Positions 1 through 11,968 of a stretch of DNA of 64,000 nt are shown here, piece by piece. This stretch comes from Ostrea edulis (taxonomy: Eukaryota). The first letter of the stretch is position 1. Each line of letters begins with the position of its first letter. The notes under the pieces were generated by a model. That model saw nothing but the letters and a program-made list of their open reading frames with translations, was not told where the DNA came from and searched no databases. Where the stretch lies: the NCBI RefSeq assembly GCF_947568905.1, contig NC_079171.1, positions 4,712,001 through 4,776,000 on the forward strand. Direction: 5' to 3'. Position numbers and translations under genes: made by a program.

Positions 1-1021
1 TGGCAGGTACCAGCATTCCTTGCCTTCTGAAATTGGTGGTGCGACTTCTGCTGCTCCTTTATCTATAACACCCTTCATAAAGGTAACCATATGGTCTCGC
101 TTAGTTGGATTTTACGGATACAGATAATGCATTTATCTTTAATCAAAGGCTTCCTTTCAGAGGAATAACAAGTTCAGTTTGCATTTCAGCTGGATTGGTC
201 CATCGTTGACCTACTTTTTGAGAAAATAGGTCAAACTGTTTTCCCAGGCTTTTTTTTCATTATGGATACATATATTGCACTGATATATAGTCAAAGGCCT
301 CCTCTAAGAGGAATACAACTTCAGTTTGCATTTCAACAGGATTGGTTCATCCTGACCTACTTTTGGACTAAAAATAGGTAAGTTTTTTGAGGGATTTTTT
401 CATAACAGATACAGATAATGCCCCGATATTTAGTCAAAGGCTTCCTCTTGGAGGAAAACAAGTGCAGTTAACATTTCAGCTGGATTGTACCCTAGGGGTA
501 AGAGTAGGTCCAACAGTTTTGCAGATTGTTTTGGTATGTTCTCAGATATTGCTCTGAAATTTAATCACAGCCCCCCTTTCAGAGAAATACATAATCAGTT
601 CACATTTCAACTTAATTGGTGCACCATGACCTACTTTAGGGCTAAAAGTAGATCAAATGGTTTCCTGGACTTTTTATCATCATAAATAGATATTGCACCA
701 ACATTTTGTCACAACCTCACTCTCAGTGAAAATTTAATGCACTGAAGGAAATACCTAGTAAATGACACTAGTCAGGCTAGTAGGTCGGTAAATTTGCCTA
801 GTAATCAATCTCATTACTGAGATAGAAAGTAGGTTTACTGTCCGAAGTCTATCGGGGGCATCAAATTACGCTCGGTCAGCAGCAGTTCCCGCCATCCAGA
901 ATATACCGCCTTCAAAGACAAAGAACTGATAAGAATTTGACCAGTTGCGTGACTTTCACCCACGGATGCAGACGTGTTGTTTTTGGTGAGTATTATTAGA
1001 ATTAGTTAATGAATCTGAGTT
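1..1021 (+). repeat. Direct repeat copy 1 (appears identical to 7701-8721; runs off the window start)
   Basis: Sequence matches 7701-8721 at offset 7700, and ORFs 485..685 and 8185..8385 are identical. The match ends at the LINE poly(A) tail. Confidence 0.97.
116..715 (+). repeat. Degenerate tandem repeat, about 143-bp unit, about 4 copies (also 7816-8415)
   Basis: Recurring blocks gatacagataatgc / tcaaaggc..cct / cagtttgcatttca / gacctacttt at roughly 140-147 bp spacing. Confidence 0.75.
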
Positions 1022-1651
1022 GTTTTTTTTTTTTTTTTTTTTTTTTTTTTCCACATATATCAGTCTTTAATTTCAAAATACATTACTATTTCGGGGTAAA
1101 GTCTCCGCAGAGACCCCCTTATAATCTTTACCTAGGGTGCCAGGGGCCCCTTGGATTAGATGTATATAGGCATACATATACATATATATAAATTTATCAT
1201 ATAAATTTCTACATATAGAAAACACAAACATATATGCATACATACAAACACACACACATATAATATACTGTTATATAACAAAATTTATTAACATGTTATG
1301 GCAAAAAAGGTTCTTATTTTAACGGAAAAACCAACAACACAACAATATAATTATGTACATAAAGAACCTGAAACTGCCATATGCGGGGTTACCAATTCAA
1401 AAGTTCATATCACAACCCCCATGGCAGCACTATAGGAGGACAGGACCCCTCCTCATAGTGGGAACTTTTTGCAAAATACCAGTATATAAAAGGTTTATTA
1501 CAAAATTTTATTTGATATAGAAATATAGTTGTTTGTAATCAATTCAAATTGTTCAAAATAAACTCACATTGTAACATAGTTAAAAATGTGCATAGACAGA
1601 TATTTGTCAGGTTTCATATTATAAAAAGTCATACCTGCAAAGGTGTATAAA

Positions 1652-2617
1652 TTACAATTTGTCTTTAATTGCTTTCATAACTTTAGCATATTTTTTATCC
1701 TGAATTTTTGTGTACACTTCTGTATAAAAATTCAATTTACTTTTTATGTGGTTACATATTTCTTGAGGTTTTTCGTCTTTGTTATCTAATCTACAATACA
1801 TTTTATACTTGTATATTTTACAGGCAATAAGAGATATTATGCTATTCAAAAAGAATGTCTTTTCATTGTTTTCATAGTAAAATCCTATCACAATTGTTTT
1901 CCACGATATATCAAATTTTAAAATTTGTTTAACAATGTCCCATATATGAGAAACATTTTTACATTTTAAGATAAGATGTTCATTGTTTTCTTTAGCATCT
2001 CTGCAAAAGACACAAAAATCATTTTCTACTATCTTCCATTTCTTCAGCAATTCTCTGTTACACAATAGATTATTTAATAATTTATAATTAAATTCTGATA
2101 TACTTCTGTCTCTTATGGATAAGATTTTTTGTTCATAAATAGATTTCCAAGCCGTTTTTGTTATTTCAAAAACCTTTCCGTAATATGTTTGGTGTAATGG
2201 AGGTATAAATTTTTCATGACAAAGAATTTCGTAAATCAACTTTGAATTGATATCACACACTTTAACATGTCCTTTACATAATAAATCGTATGATGTACTC
2301 CCATGAAAAATGTTTTCGTATCGTATATTTGAATATTCATAACTTTTGAAGGTTTTTGTTATAACTGTTTTTATAATCATATATTCACACATCCAGTTTT
2401 TTTTACATATAAGTTTGTCATCAAACCATTCCAAAGGTTTTATGCCATTTTCATTTACAATATCATTCAAAAATTTAAAACCGCTCCTCAGCCAATTATG
2501 AAAAAATATTGGCTTGTTTTTGTACATAAAATTTTTATTACACCACAACGGTTCTTTCAATAATGCATTCAGATAAAATTGTTTTTTATTTTTTTTTACA
2601 TTCGTTGAAAAATACAA
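1652..2617 (-). CDS. LINE ORF2 C-terminal part (zf-RVT-like region, CxxC...EHLxxxC), separated from the main ORF2 by a frameshift
   Basis: FNYKLLNNLL...WKIVENDFCVFC...ENNEHLILKC...W is typical of the L1/Tx1 ORF2 C-terminus. The frame change falls in the A-run at about 2582-2597. Confidence 0.85.
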   Translation of the reverse strand: MYFSTNVKKNKKQFYLNALLKEPLWCNKNFMYKNKPIFFHNWLRSGFKFLNDIVNENGIKPLEWFDDKLICKKNWMCEYMIIKTVITKTFKSYEYSNIRYENIFHGSTSYDLLCKGHVKVCDINSKLIYEILCHEKFIPPLHQTYYGKVFEITKTAWKSIYEQKILSIRDRSISEFNYKLLNNLLCNRELLKKWKIVENDFCVFCRDAKENNEHLILKCKNVSHIWDIVKQILKFDISWKTIVIGFYYENNEKTFFLNSIISLIACKIYKYKMYCRLDNKDEKPQEICNHIKSKLNFYTEVYTKIQDKKYAKVMKAIKDKL

Positions 2618-5399
2618 GCATTTCCTTGTAGAATAGAGGAAAATGTTCCATTATTTGATAATCATTTGATTTCGTAATATTTGTTTTACATAGATATTCA
2701 AAATCAAAGTCTCTTTCTTTGCACAAACTATCTACAAAAAAGAATAGAGAGTTTCTCTCGCTTGAAATCCTGTTTATCCAAGATACTTTTATGGATTTTA
2801 ATTTCAAAGATACATCGACAATTCCAATGCCTCCCTTTAGGACATTTCCAATCTGTGTATTTCTTTTAATTCTATCTCTTTTGTTCCATATATAGTTATA
2901 TAACAAACTTTGAAATTTCTTAATTACTTCTTCATTTGGAAAGCTCAGAACTGATCCAACATATATAATCTTTGATATTGCTAGGCTATTGATGACACAA
3001 ACTTTACCAAAAATGGTTAGTTTTCTTTTTTTCCATGATTCAAACAGTTTTTCTAAGTCATCTACAATTTTTGTCCAATTGTTTTTATAACATATTTCTT
3101 TGTTGTGTCCTATATAAATTCCAAGAGTTTTTATGCTATCATTGTTTACGTTAACATTTCTAATTTGTTTATAATGATATTTGTGAGGACCCGTTAATAT
3201 ACATTCTGTTTTTGACATATTTAAATACATACCCGAAACATTGCTGAATTTTGCTATGACTTTTAAAGAATGTTCTAGAGAGGTTTCATCTTTAAGAGGA
3301 AGAGTACAATCATCTGCATGTTGTATAATCTTAATACTGTTAGTCATTCCTGGTTTTTGAAATCCATTAATATTTGAATTCGATCTAATATTTACCGCTA
3401 ATATTTCTATAACAAAAAGAAATAATATTGCAGAGATGGGACATCCTTGTCTTATACCTCTCTGCATATTGCATGTTTTGGACATCCATCCATTATTTTT
3501 TATTTTAAATATAGGTTTATTGTATAGTATGTTGACCCATTTGAGAAAGTTTTCGCCAAAGTTAAATTTTTTAAGAACTTTCGTCATGAAGTTCCATTCC
3601 ACAGAGTCGAACGCTTTTTGGAAATCAAGAAATAACATTATTGATTCTATATCATTTTCTTCACAATATTCAAAAATATCAATAATTAACCTTGCATTCA
3701 GAGCTATATTTCTCCCTTTTATATAAGCTGATTGATTAACATGTATTGCTTTATCCAACACTTTTTGTAGTCTATTAGCTAAAAGAAAAGCTATTATTTT
3801 ATAATCAGTATTTGTAAGACTAATAGGCCTATAATTGTTAAGACTCTGCGGGTCTCCTTTTTTAAATAAGAGAGTAATTAAAGATAGTCTTTGTGAATAT
3901 GTCATTGTATACTTTTGGAAGATCTCTTGAAGAGTGCAATAATAATGTTGTTTTATGTTTTCCCAGAAAGTTTGATAGAATTCACACGGTAATCCATCAG
4001 ATCCGGGTGATTTATTTTTTTTCATAATGAATACTGTTTCTGTACATTCTGATAGTGAGGGAAGGGTGTCTAATTCATTTTTTTCTTCATCATTTAGACT
4101 ATATTCTAATTGTATATTACTTAAATATTCATTCACTTTATTATCATTTTCATTATTTGATGTATACAATTTTTCATAAAAATTGCATGTAGAATCTAAT
4201 ATTTCATCTTCATCAAAAACTGTACCTTTTTCATTTTTTAATGATTTTATCACATTTGATATTTGTCGTCTCTTTTCTAAATTTAAAAAATAAGAGGTAT
4301 TTCTTTCTCCCTCTTCAATCCATTTTGCCCTTGATCTTACCTGTGCACCTTTTGCCTTTTTGTTTATTAATTCTGTCAATTCATTTTCTAATTTTCTTTT
4401 TCTATTCATATCTATTTTTTCATATGGCAAGTCTTCTATCTTACTTATTTCTCCTTGAATAGAATTTATTTTGTTTTTGTAAGATTTAGATATATTTTTC
4501 GATAAATTTATACATTTTGTTTTTATATTCCTTTTCAAATTTTCCCATGAATCTAGTGCATTTTCTTTATCGAAATTATAGTTTTTCAGGAATGTATTCA
4601 TTTCGTTCATGAAGGTTTCATTTTCAATTAAAGATGTGTTAAATTTCCAGTATCCTGGACCTCTAAGGTTTTCATTTACAATCAAAGAAAAAATTAAACA
4701 CTTATGATCAGACATCCTAGTACCGTTTGAGTGTGAACCAGGAATGTTTTGAAGCCTTATATTTTCACATTGAAAACAAAAGGTATCGGATAGTAAAATA
4801 TAATCTATTCTACTTGTTGGGATATTTACTCCGTTACACCATGAATATCCTTTTTTTCCGCTTTTCATAGTTTTCCACATGTCGTGTAAATCGAGCTTGT
4901 TCAGTAGTTGTTTTAAAATTATAACACTTTTATCTGATTCATTTTCTGTTGAGCAATTAAGGTCACCACATATCAATAGATTATCAAAATTTGCTGTATA
5001 TTTACTAATCCATTCTTTAGCCCGTTTAAAAAAATCACATCTATAATTGATATCGTTTGGAGCATATAAATTAACTAATGTAATAATTTTTTCATCATAT
5101 GCTATGTTAACCATGAGTTTCCTGCCTTCATTAGATTTATGTATATTTAGTATTTTGAAATTCAAATCTTTATTAAATAATATTGAAACTCCTCTACTGA
5201 AAATTGAATCGGAAAAGCAATGTATTGATATACCTTTCCACCTTGCATCATAATTTAGTACATTTTTTTCAATATAGTGGGTTTCTTGCATAAATATTAC
5301 ATCAAAACAGCTATCATTAATCCAGGTATAAACTTTTATACGTTTTTCTGCAGTATTTAAACCCCTGCAGTTCACTGAAATAATATTTAACTTGTTCAT
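2586..5399 (-). CDS. LINE ORF2: apurinic-like endonuclease + reverse transcriptase
   Basis: APE motifs SVNCRGL, MQETH, NLYAPN, GDLN, SRIDY, SDH; RT motifs KSPGSDG, YRPISL, LDFQKAFDSV, GIRQGCPIS, QHADD. Confidence 0.96.
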   Translation of the reverse strand: MNKLNIISVNCRGLNTAEKRIKVYTWINDSCFDVIFMQETHYIEKNVLNYDARWKGISIHCFSDSIFSRGVSILFNKDLNFKILNIHKSNEGRKLMVNIAYDEKIITLVNLYAPNDINYRCDFFKRAKEWISKYTANFDNLLICGDLNCSTENESDKSVIILKQLLNKLDLHDMWKTMKSGKKGYSWCNGVNIPTSRIDYILLSDTFCFQCENIRLQNIPGSHSNGTRMSDHKCLIFSLIVNENLRGPGYWKFNTSLIENETFMNEMNTFLKNYNFDKENALDSWENLKRNIKTKCINLSKNISKSYKNKINSIQGEISKIEDLPYEKIDMNRKRKLENELTELINKKAKGAQVRSRAKWIEEGERNTSYFLNLEKRRQISNVIKSLKNEKGTVFDEDEILDSTCNFYEKLYTSNNENDNKVNEYLSNIQLEYSLNDEEKNELDTLPSLSECTETVFIMKKNKSPGSDGLPCEFYQTFWENIKQHYYCTLQEIFQKYTMTYSQRLSLITLLFKKGDPQSLNNYRPISLTNTDYKIIAFLLANRLQKVLDKAIHVNQSAYIKGRNIALNARLIIDIFEYCEENDIESIMLFLDFQKAFDSVEWNFMTKVLKKFNFGENFLKWVNILYNKPIFKIKNNGWMSKTCNMQRGIRQGCPISAILFLFVIEILAVNIRSNSNINGFQKPGMTNSIKIIQHADDCTLPLKDETSLEHSLKVIAKFSNVSGMYLNMSKTECILTGPHKYHYKQIRNVNVNNDSIKTLGIYIGHNKEICYKNNWTKIVDDLEKLFESWKKRKLTIFGKVCVINSLAISKIIYVGSVLSFPNEEVIKKFQSLLYNYIWNKRDRIKRNTQIGNVLKGGIGIVDVSLKLKSIKVSWINRISSERNSLFFFVDSLCKERDFDFEYLCKTNITKSNDYQIMEHFPLFYKEMLVFFNECKKK

Positions 5400-5457
5400 G
5401 CGTATGACTGACTAGCGGTTTTTTTTTTTTTTTTTTGGTTTTTTTTGTTTGGTAGAC

Positions 5458-6684
5458 TTAACTCTGTTTTTTGCCCTGCTTGTTTCTTGTTGATCTAGAG
5501 GAATTGTTGGTAGCTGAATTTTCGTCCGTACGCTGCAATTTGGCTGCCATGCCGTCGAGGATACGTCCAAGCTTATTTTCACCTGGCCAATGTTGCATTA
5601 GAGTATGAGATGTTCCGGTCACGTTCAGCCCGCTACCCCAATAAGTATCCCATGTCGATTCCACCAGAATATCGGATTTTCTGATTTTTTTTAAAGCACT
5701 TCTGAATTGTGAACAATGCTGTAGTTTAGATTCCAGTATTTCCCGCATAACGGAGTCTTTAGATGTAATCCAAGCATCAGATTCCAGGACCTGACCTCCT
5801 ACACGTTTGGCATCTAAGGCGGTTTCAGCTTTACTTACGGCTTCTGCACGGTTAAGATCACCAGAACGTAAGGATTTGATGTGTTGGAAAGCATGTTCGG
5901 CTGAAGGATATGTTTGCCCAAAAACCTTTAACTCAGTAGGGAAGAAATTTGAAAGAGGGTTATCTTTTCCAGAGAAGCATACTATGTCCTCCTGGTGAGT
6001 GACATATGATCTGCATTTATCCGATCCCGGAAAGTGACTTGGTAGCTTGCATATTCTACAACTCTGCTCGAATTCGCAAGCATTTTTGTAATGGTCATCT
6101 GCCCAGCAGTTTGTGCACTGCTTCTTTCGTTCCCGTAGGGGTTGGCCTTTGTGAGATATGGTACAGCGTAAACCTGCACATGACGCAGAGCGTGGAAGGA
6201 ATTTTCCATTCTCTAGAGGCGACATATACACAAAACGATTTCCATTTAATATTTCAGTCATTCTGTGGGTTTTAGGATGTCTGATTTTTTCATATTTGAT
6301 ATCACTTGTTAATTCTACTCCTAGACCTAAGCCTTTGAGCATCTTTTTAATACATGAATCTTCAACCGATAGAGGTATACCTTTAATTAGGACTCGAACA
6401 ACTTTCTCATCAGGAGAGTCTGTACCCGCAGAGAATGGGTTCGTGTCATAAACCTGGATTGATCTGCTTCCAAGTGAGAATCCTTCAGTAACTAATTTCG
6501 ATCTACTCTCCGCAGACTTTATGTAGATCCTCCACAGATCTCTATCTCTTTGTACACATATCACATCCGAGACTGTTGCGCTCGCGGCTTCTGCAATGTC
6601 AAAGTCGGTGAAATATTTACTTTTTGTTGTTTGAATGTCTCTGTTCCGCATATAAACTGGCTTAAGAGTTTGTGTCCACTCCAT
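5458..6684 (-). CDS. LINE ORF1p: RRM-like region, two CCHC zinc knuckles, C-terminal NADAR (YbiA-like) domain
   Basis: Knuckles CTNCWADDHYKNAC and CRICKLPSHFPGSDKC. NADAR motifs PLSNFF, YPSAEHAFQHIK, VMREILESK, LVESTWDTYWGSG and GENKLGRIL at aa 234-384 (about 5533-5985). Confidence 0.88.
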   Translation of the reverse strand: MEWTQTLKPVYMRNRDIQTTKSKYFTDFDIAEAASATVSDVICVQRDRDLWRIYIKSAESRSKLVTEGFSLGSRSIQVYDTNPFSAGTDSPDEKVVRVLIKGIPLSVEDSCIKKMLKGLGLGVELTSDIKYEKIRHPKTHRMTEILNGNRFVYMSPLENGKFLPRSASCAGLRCTISHKGQPLRERKKQCTNCWADDHYKNACEFEQSCRICKLPSHFPGSDKCRSYVTHQEDIVCFSGKDNPLSNFFPTELKVFGQTYPSAEHAFQHIKSLRSGDLNRAEAVSKAETALDAKRVGGQVLESDAWITSKDSVMREILESKLQHCSQFRSALKKIRKSDILVESTWDTYWGSGLNVTGTSHTLMQHWPGENKLGRILDGMAAKLQRTDENSATNNSSRSTRNKQGKKQS

Positions 6685-6984
6685 AATTTCGTTATCTTAG
6701 ACACTATGAGACTCTGAAACGCCGTTCGAAAAACACAGGCACCGTGAGTAGATTGTGAACACCTATTCACGCTCAGCACAGGTGTAAATTCACAAAAACA
6801 GTCCAAAAACAAGATCACCTTGAGAAATTGTGTCAAGAGTCAAGAAATATATACACTATCTATCCAAACTCCAAACTCTGAGAAAATCGCATTAATTTCT
6901 CGAATTAAAGAGTGAAAATGACGGTCAAATTGACGGAGCAAAAAAAGTACGTCCGTACCTTAGCTCATCACGTGACTTCCTCAC

Positions 6985-7815
6985 GAATAAGCTGTTCAAG
7001 GTAGACAGGAGTCCTCTCTGGGTGAATGGTTTGTCTTCTAATTGGTTGTTGAAGGTAAAGGTGTCTGATCCCATGACAAACCAAGGCTCTGCTGTGTTGG
7101 TAAAGCATCTGATCCAATGCTGACTTGAGTCAAGCTTTTCTCCAAGTCCTGAGTGGGAAATGCATTCATAACTGCTACACTGTTAGATGCGATCTTGTGT
7201 AATCTAATGTTCCCTTGCTCCTTCAATACTTGCTGAGTTTCCTTCACCAGCTCGATAGCTTCATCTATGGTTGGAACAGAAACCAGTCCATCATCGACAT
7301 AGAAGTTCCTTTCAACGAAATCCCTAACATCTCTGTCACCGTTTTCTACTGCCTTACGTAATCCATACGTAGCTACAGCTGGTGATGGAGTATTGCCGAA
7401 CACATGCACTCGCATGCGGTAGTCTATCAGCTCATCCTCTGGGTTGTTGTTGCGATACCATAAGAATCGGAGGAAATCCCGGTGCTCTTCCTTTACATAA
7501 AATGAATAGAACATTTGTTCTATGTCAGCTATCACTGCAATCTGATCTCTACGGAAACGAAGCAAGACTCCGAGCAGACTATTTGTTAAGTTAGGACCGG
7601 TCAACAAGACACTGTTAAGCGATATTCCCTGGTACACCACTGACGAGTCAAAAACACCTCGAATCTTATCGGGCTTCTTAGGATGGTATACCCCGAAGAG
7701 TGGCAGGTACCAGCATTCCTTGCCTTCTGAAATTGGTGGTGCGACTTCTGCTGCTCCTTTATCTATAACACCCTTCATAAAGGTAACCATATGGTCTCGC
7801 TTAGTTGGATTTTAC
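6985..7815 (-). pseudogene. BEL/Pao LTR-retrotransposon RT fragment (part duplicated at 1-115)
   Basis: WYLPLFGVYHPKKPDKIRGVFD, ADIEQMF, HVFGNTPSP, FYVDDGL; continues after a frameshift as KPFTQRGLLSTLNSLF and is truncated there. Confidence 0.92.
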
Positions 7816-8721
7816 GGATACAGATAATGCATTTATCTTTAATCAAAGGCTTCCTTTCAGAGGAATAACAAGTTCAGTTTGCATTTCAGCTGGATTGGTC
7901 CATCGTTGACCTACTTTTTGAGAAAATAGGTCAAACTGTTTTCCCAGGCTTTTTTTTCATTATGGATACATATATTGCACTGATATATAGTCAAAGGCCT
8001 CCTCTAAGAGGAATACAACTTCAGTTTGCATTTCAACAGGATTGGTTCATCCTGACCTACTTTTGGACTAAAAATAGGTAAGTTTTTTGAGGGATTTTTT
8101 CATAACAGATACAGATAATGCCCCGATATTTAGTCAAAGGCTTCCTCTTGGAGGAAAACAAGTGCAGTTAACATTTCAGCTGGATTGTACCCTAGGGGTA
8201 AGAGTAGGTCCAACAGTTTTGCAGATTGTTTTGGTATGTTCTCAGATATTGCTCTGAAATTTAATCACAGCCCCCCTTTCAGAGAAATACATAATCAGTT
8301 CACATTTCAACTTAATTGGTGCACCATGACCTACTTTAGGGCTAAAAGTAGATCAAATGGTTTCCTGGACTTTTTATCATCATAAATAGATATTGCACCA
8401 ACATTTTGTCACAACCTCACTCTCAGTGAAAATTTAATGCACTGAAGGAAATACCTAGTAAATGACACTAGTCAGGCTAGTAGGTCGGTAAATTTGCCTA
8501 GTAATCAATCTCATTACTGAGATAGAAAGTAGGTTTACTGTCCGAAGTCTATCGGGGGCATCAAATTACGCTCGGTCAGCAGCAGTTCCCGCCATCCAGA
8601 ATATACCGCCTTCAAAGACAAAGAACTGATAAGAATTTGACCAGTTGCGTGACTTTCACCCACGGATGCAGACGTGTTGTTTTTGGTGAGTATTATTAGA
8701 ATTAGTTAATGAATCTGAGTT
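7701..8721 (+). repeat. Direct repeat copy 2 (appears identical to 1-1021)
   Basis: Direct comparison; the copies diverge after gaatctgagtt. Confidence 0.97.
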
Positions 8722-9531
8722 ATTTATAAATACTCTTAAAATTTGGTTCATAAAGAATATTTATTGGGGTTTAAGCGTTTAATTGATCCAAAAAGATAAT
8801 TATGTAGGTATATACAAAAGAAAGTAAATAATACACTACATGTAACAATTAAGTTTCTACATCTTGACCAGTGAATTTGGACAATCAACGCAAGGTATAG
8901 ATATAGATTTTCTTATTCCAGATATTACAAGATAATATGTGTGGTATGAGTATGATATGTTCGTGTCAATATGTTGTCATCATTTACTGATGCTGTGCGA
9001 AAGGTGAGGGAAAAGGGGGGGGGGGTCAAATCACTATCAGACAAAACCTCGTTCTGATAAAAACATGGCTGCGCCCATATAAATTCATTTAAGTGTATGA
9101 ATAGACGTATATGATATTGTTTATGTTTGTTGCTGGTTAAAAACGGAAACATGCACTTGTTTAGCTAATAAATTTATACAAAACATGATTTAAAAAAAGT
9201 TGCAAACAAAGAAATTAGTTTTTAATCTTTACACACACAAAAAAAAATATTAGGTTTTGATCTGTTAAAATAGGATATTATTTTCACGTAAATATTTTTT
9301 GTGAAGGGTATTGGTTAAAATGTTTATATGATGCTTTTTTACATTATATTTGAATTTGTAACAATATAGAAAAGTGCATGTTTGAATATGAATATGTGTC
9401 ATATTTATTTCAGATTCAAATATTCTTCATAAAAATGAAATAAATCTAACCAGTCATCACTCATCAAAACAATAGTTTCATAAATTTTTTCTTCAGAGTG
9501 AGTTATACAAGGGAACATTTCAGATATAAGA

Positions 9532-11968
9532 ATGTTTCTCTGCTTCAAATGTAATCAGGAGTTTAGACTTTTTTCAAGATTAATTAGCCATTATCGCTTT
9601 ACTCATAGTCATGAACAAGGATTTTTTTTTAACTTGTTCAGTTGAAGGCTGTGAAAAACAATATCACAATGTTGACTCTTACTTAAAACATGTCAAAAGA
9701 AAACAAATTGTTTTATCAGCAACATTTCTCTAAGTACAGAGATGAAAATAGATCAGGTGATATTGCTAATTGCCTTACTGAAGTACATGAAATGGATGAT
9801 GAACTTTTACAAGATAATATAGGTACCGAAGAAATTCAAGATTTTTCTCAAGTTGATTTCAAAAGAAAATTTGGAATCTTCTTCATACAACTTCGCGAAA
9901 GCTATAAATTACCATCAAATGTTTTACCTGTCATTATTAATGAGATCTTAGATATGATAAGCCACCACCAAGCAAGTGTTTCTAAATCTATGGACTCTTT
10001 ACTTGCTAATTATGACCTAGATGGTAACTTGGTGGATAGGTTGAGGCAAATCCTTAATGAAAAATCGGAAATTGAAAATGCATTAAGCAACTTAGATTCT
10101 GAATACAAAATCAACAAGTTTGCAAGATTCAGTCTAAATTATGTTAAACCCATTGAATACAGACCTGAAAGAAATCAGAATGACACATACCAGTATGTGC
10201 CAATTCTTGAAACAATTAAAAATCTTTTAGATCATGATGATATTTTTGCCTATGTTTTGAACAATCATAAATCAACTGATGGAATTTTAAGAGATTTTTG
10301 TGATGGTGACATTTACTCTGTAAATCCTTTATTCAGAGAAAACCCAAATGCTATACAGATTATGCTGTTTTTTGATGAATTCACAGCAGCAAATCCCTTA
10401 GGACATCAAGTAAAAAATTACAAAATTGCTGGTGTCTACATGCTCTTTGGAAATCTTCCACCAAAGTTTAGGTCCCAGTTACATTGTATTCAACTTGTAG
10501 CTCTTTGCCAATCATCTTTATTGAAAAGGAATGGTTTTTCAAAAATCTTAGAACCTTTAATCAATGATCTAAAGTTATTAGAAAATGATGGGATTGTTGT
10601 TTCAAAAGATCAGATAGACCACCGATTGTTAGGAACTGTGAGTGTGGTAATTGCTGATAATCTTGGGGCTCATGGCTTAGGTGGCTTTATGGAGTCATTT
10701 ACAACTCTCAGAAATTGTTGGTTTTGTTTTATTGATAAACACCATATGCAAAACAAATTAGATTGTCAAAATCTACATATGCGAACTGTTCAAATGTGCA
10801 ATGCCCAAACCAGAATTGTAGAGGATGATCCTTCTCTTTGCTCAGTGTATGGAGTTAAATTCTCATCCCCACTGAATGAACTAAGGCACTTTCATGTAAT
10901 AGGCGGAATGCCATCTGACATTGCTTATGATCTTTTTGAAGGGGTTGTTTGTGATGTGATGACAAATGTGATAAAATATTGTGTGTCTCAGGATTTCTTT
11001 CGTCTTGAGGAGTTAAATGAGGCTATAATGCAATTTAAATTCTCAGAGATGGATAAAAGTAATAAACCAGCTAAAGTCAATGAAGTTCTTAGAAAATTAA
11101 GGGTCCATCAGTCAGCAGCTCAAACTTGGTGTTTTGCAAGATTTTTACCTTTGTTTGTTGGTTCAAAAGTTTCTGTAGATGACGAAAATGGGAGACATTT
11201 CTCTTGCTACGAGATCTGTTGTTTTATGCATGTGCACCAGCTTTGGGTAGGGGTCATATTTTATCCATGTCAGATATAATCAATGAATTCCATGAGAGGT
11301 ACCGAAGATGTTTTCCTGATGATTCATTGAAACCAAAATTTCATTATACTTTACATTATCCTTTTTTGATGTGTCAGTTTGGACCACTTCTTCACTTGCA
11401 GACTTTACGTTTTGAGGCAAAGCATAACTATTTCAAAGAACTGGTTTTTAGAACAAAGAATAGAAAAAACATTTGCAAATCATTAGCAGAGAGACATCAG
11501 TTTTACCAAAGTACATTTAATACTGGAGGAAAATTCTTATCTAGTAGTAGGGTGGACTCAACAGGTGGCACTCCTGTTCCTTTAGTGATGCTAAATAATG
11601 ACTTTCAGCATCTTTTAGCTGGAATTGTACATGGGGATGAAGTTTTTCTGTGTAATTCTGTCAAATTTCTGGGAATTACATACTGGAAAGATACATGTGT
11701 GGTCACCGGTTTAGAGGGATTTCAATATCAGTTCTGCAAGATTGTACATAGTGCCATTATTCAGGGTCAGGCACTCCTGTTATGCCAAAGACTTAGAACA
11801 GTTGATTTTGAGAGGCATTTCCATGCTTTTGCAGTTGAAGACACAGATCATTATGAAGTGTACAAAGTTTCAGATATTCCAGAAACAAACCCACTTGGAA
11901 TTTATGATCACCCTAATCCTCTCTCTAGGTATAAATTGGTTGTTCTAAAGTACAAAGTTTTAGTTTAA
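9532..11968 (+). pseudogene. EnSpm/CACTA transposase, frameshifted
   Basis: N-terminal C2H2-like fingers (frameshifted before 9690); FFDEF..ANPLG, ADNLGAH..GGF..SF...CWFC, HDLFEG-like YDLFEG, PKFHY..HYP, FGPL..TLRFEAKH; second frameshift near 11200. Confidence 0.88.

Larger units (their letters stand above)
1022..6984 (-). mobile_element. Full-length Tx1/L1-group non-LTR retrotransposon
   Basis: 5'UTR, ORF1, A-rich spacer (5418-5450), ORF2 (APE + RT + Cys-rich C-terminus), 3'UTR and poly(A) tail (T-run 1023-1050 on plus). The 5' boundary lies where BEL RT homology stops (about 6985). Confidence 0.93.

Noticed and set aside
485-685. Duplicated 66-aa ORF (also 8185..8385)
   Set aside because: It lies in a degenerate satellite, has a non-ATG start and no motifs; its identity simply reflects the segmental repeat.
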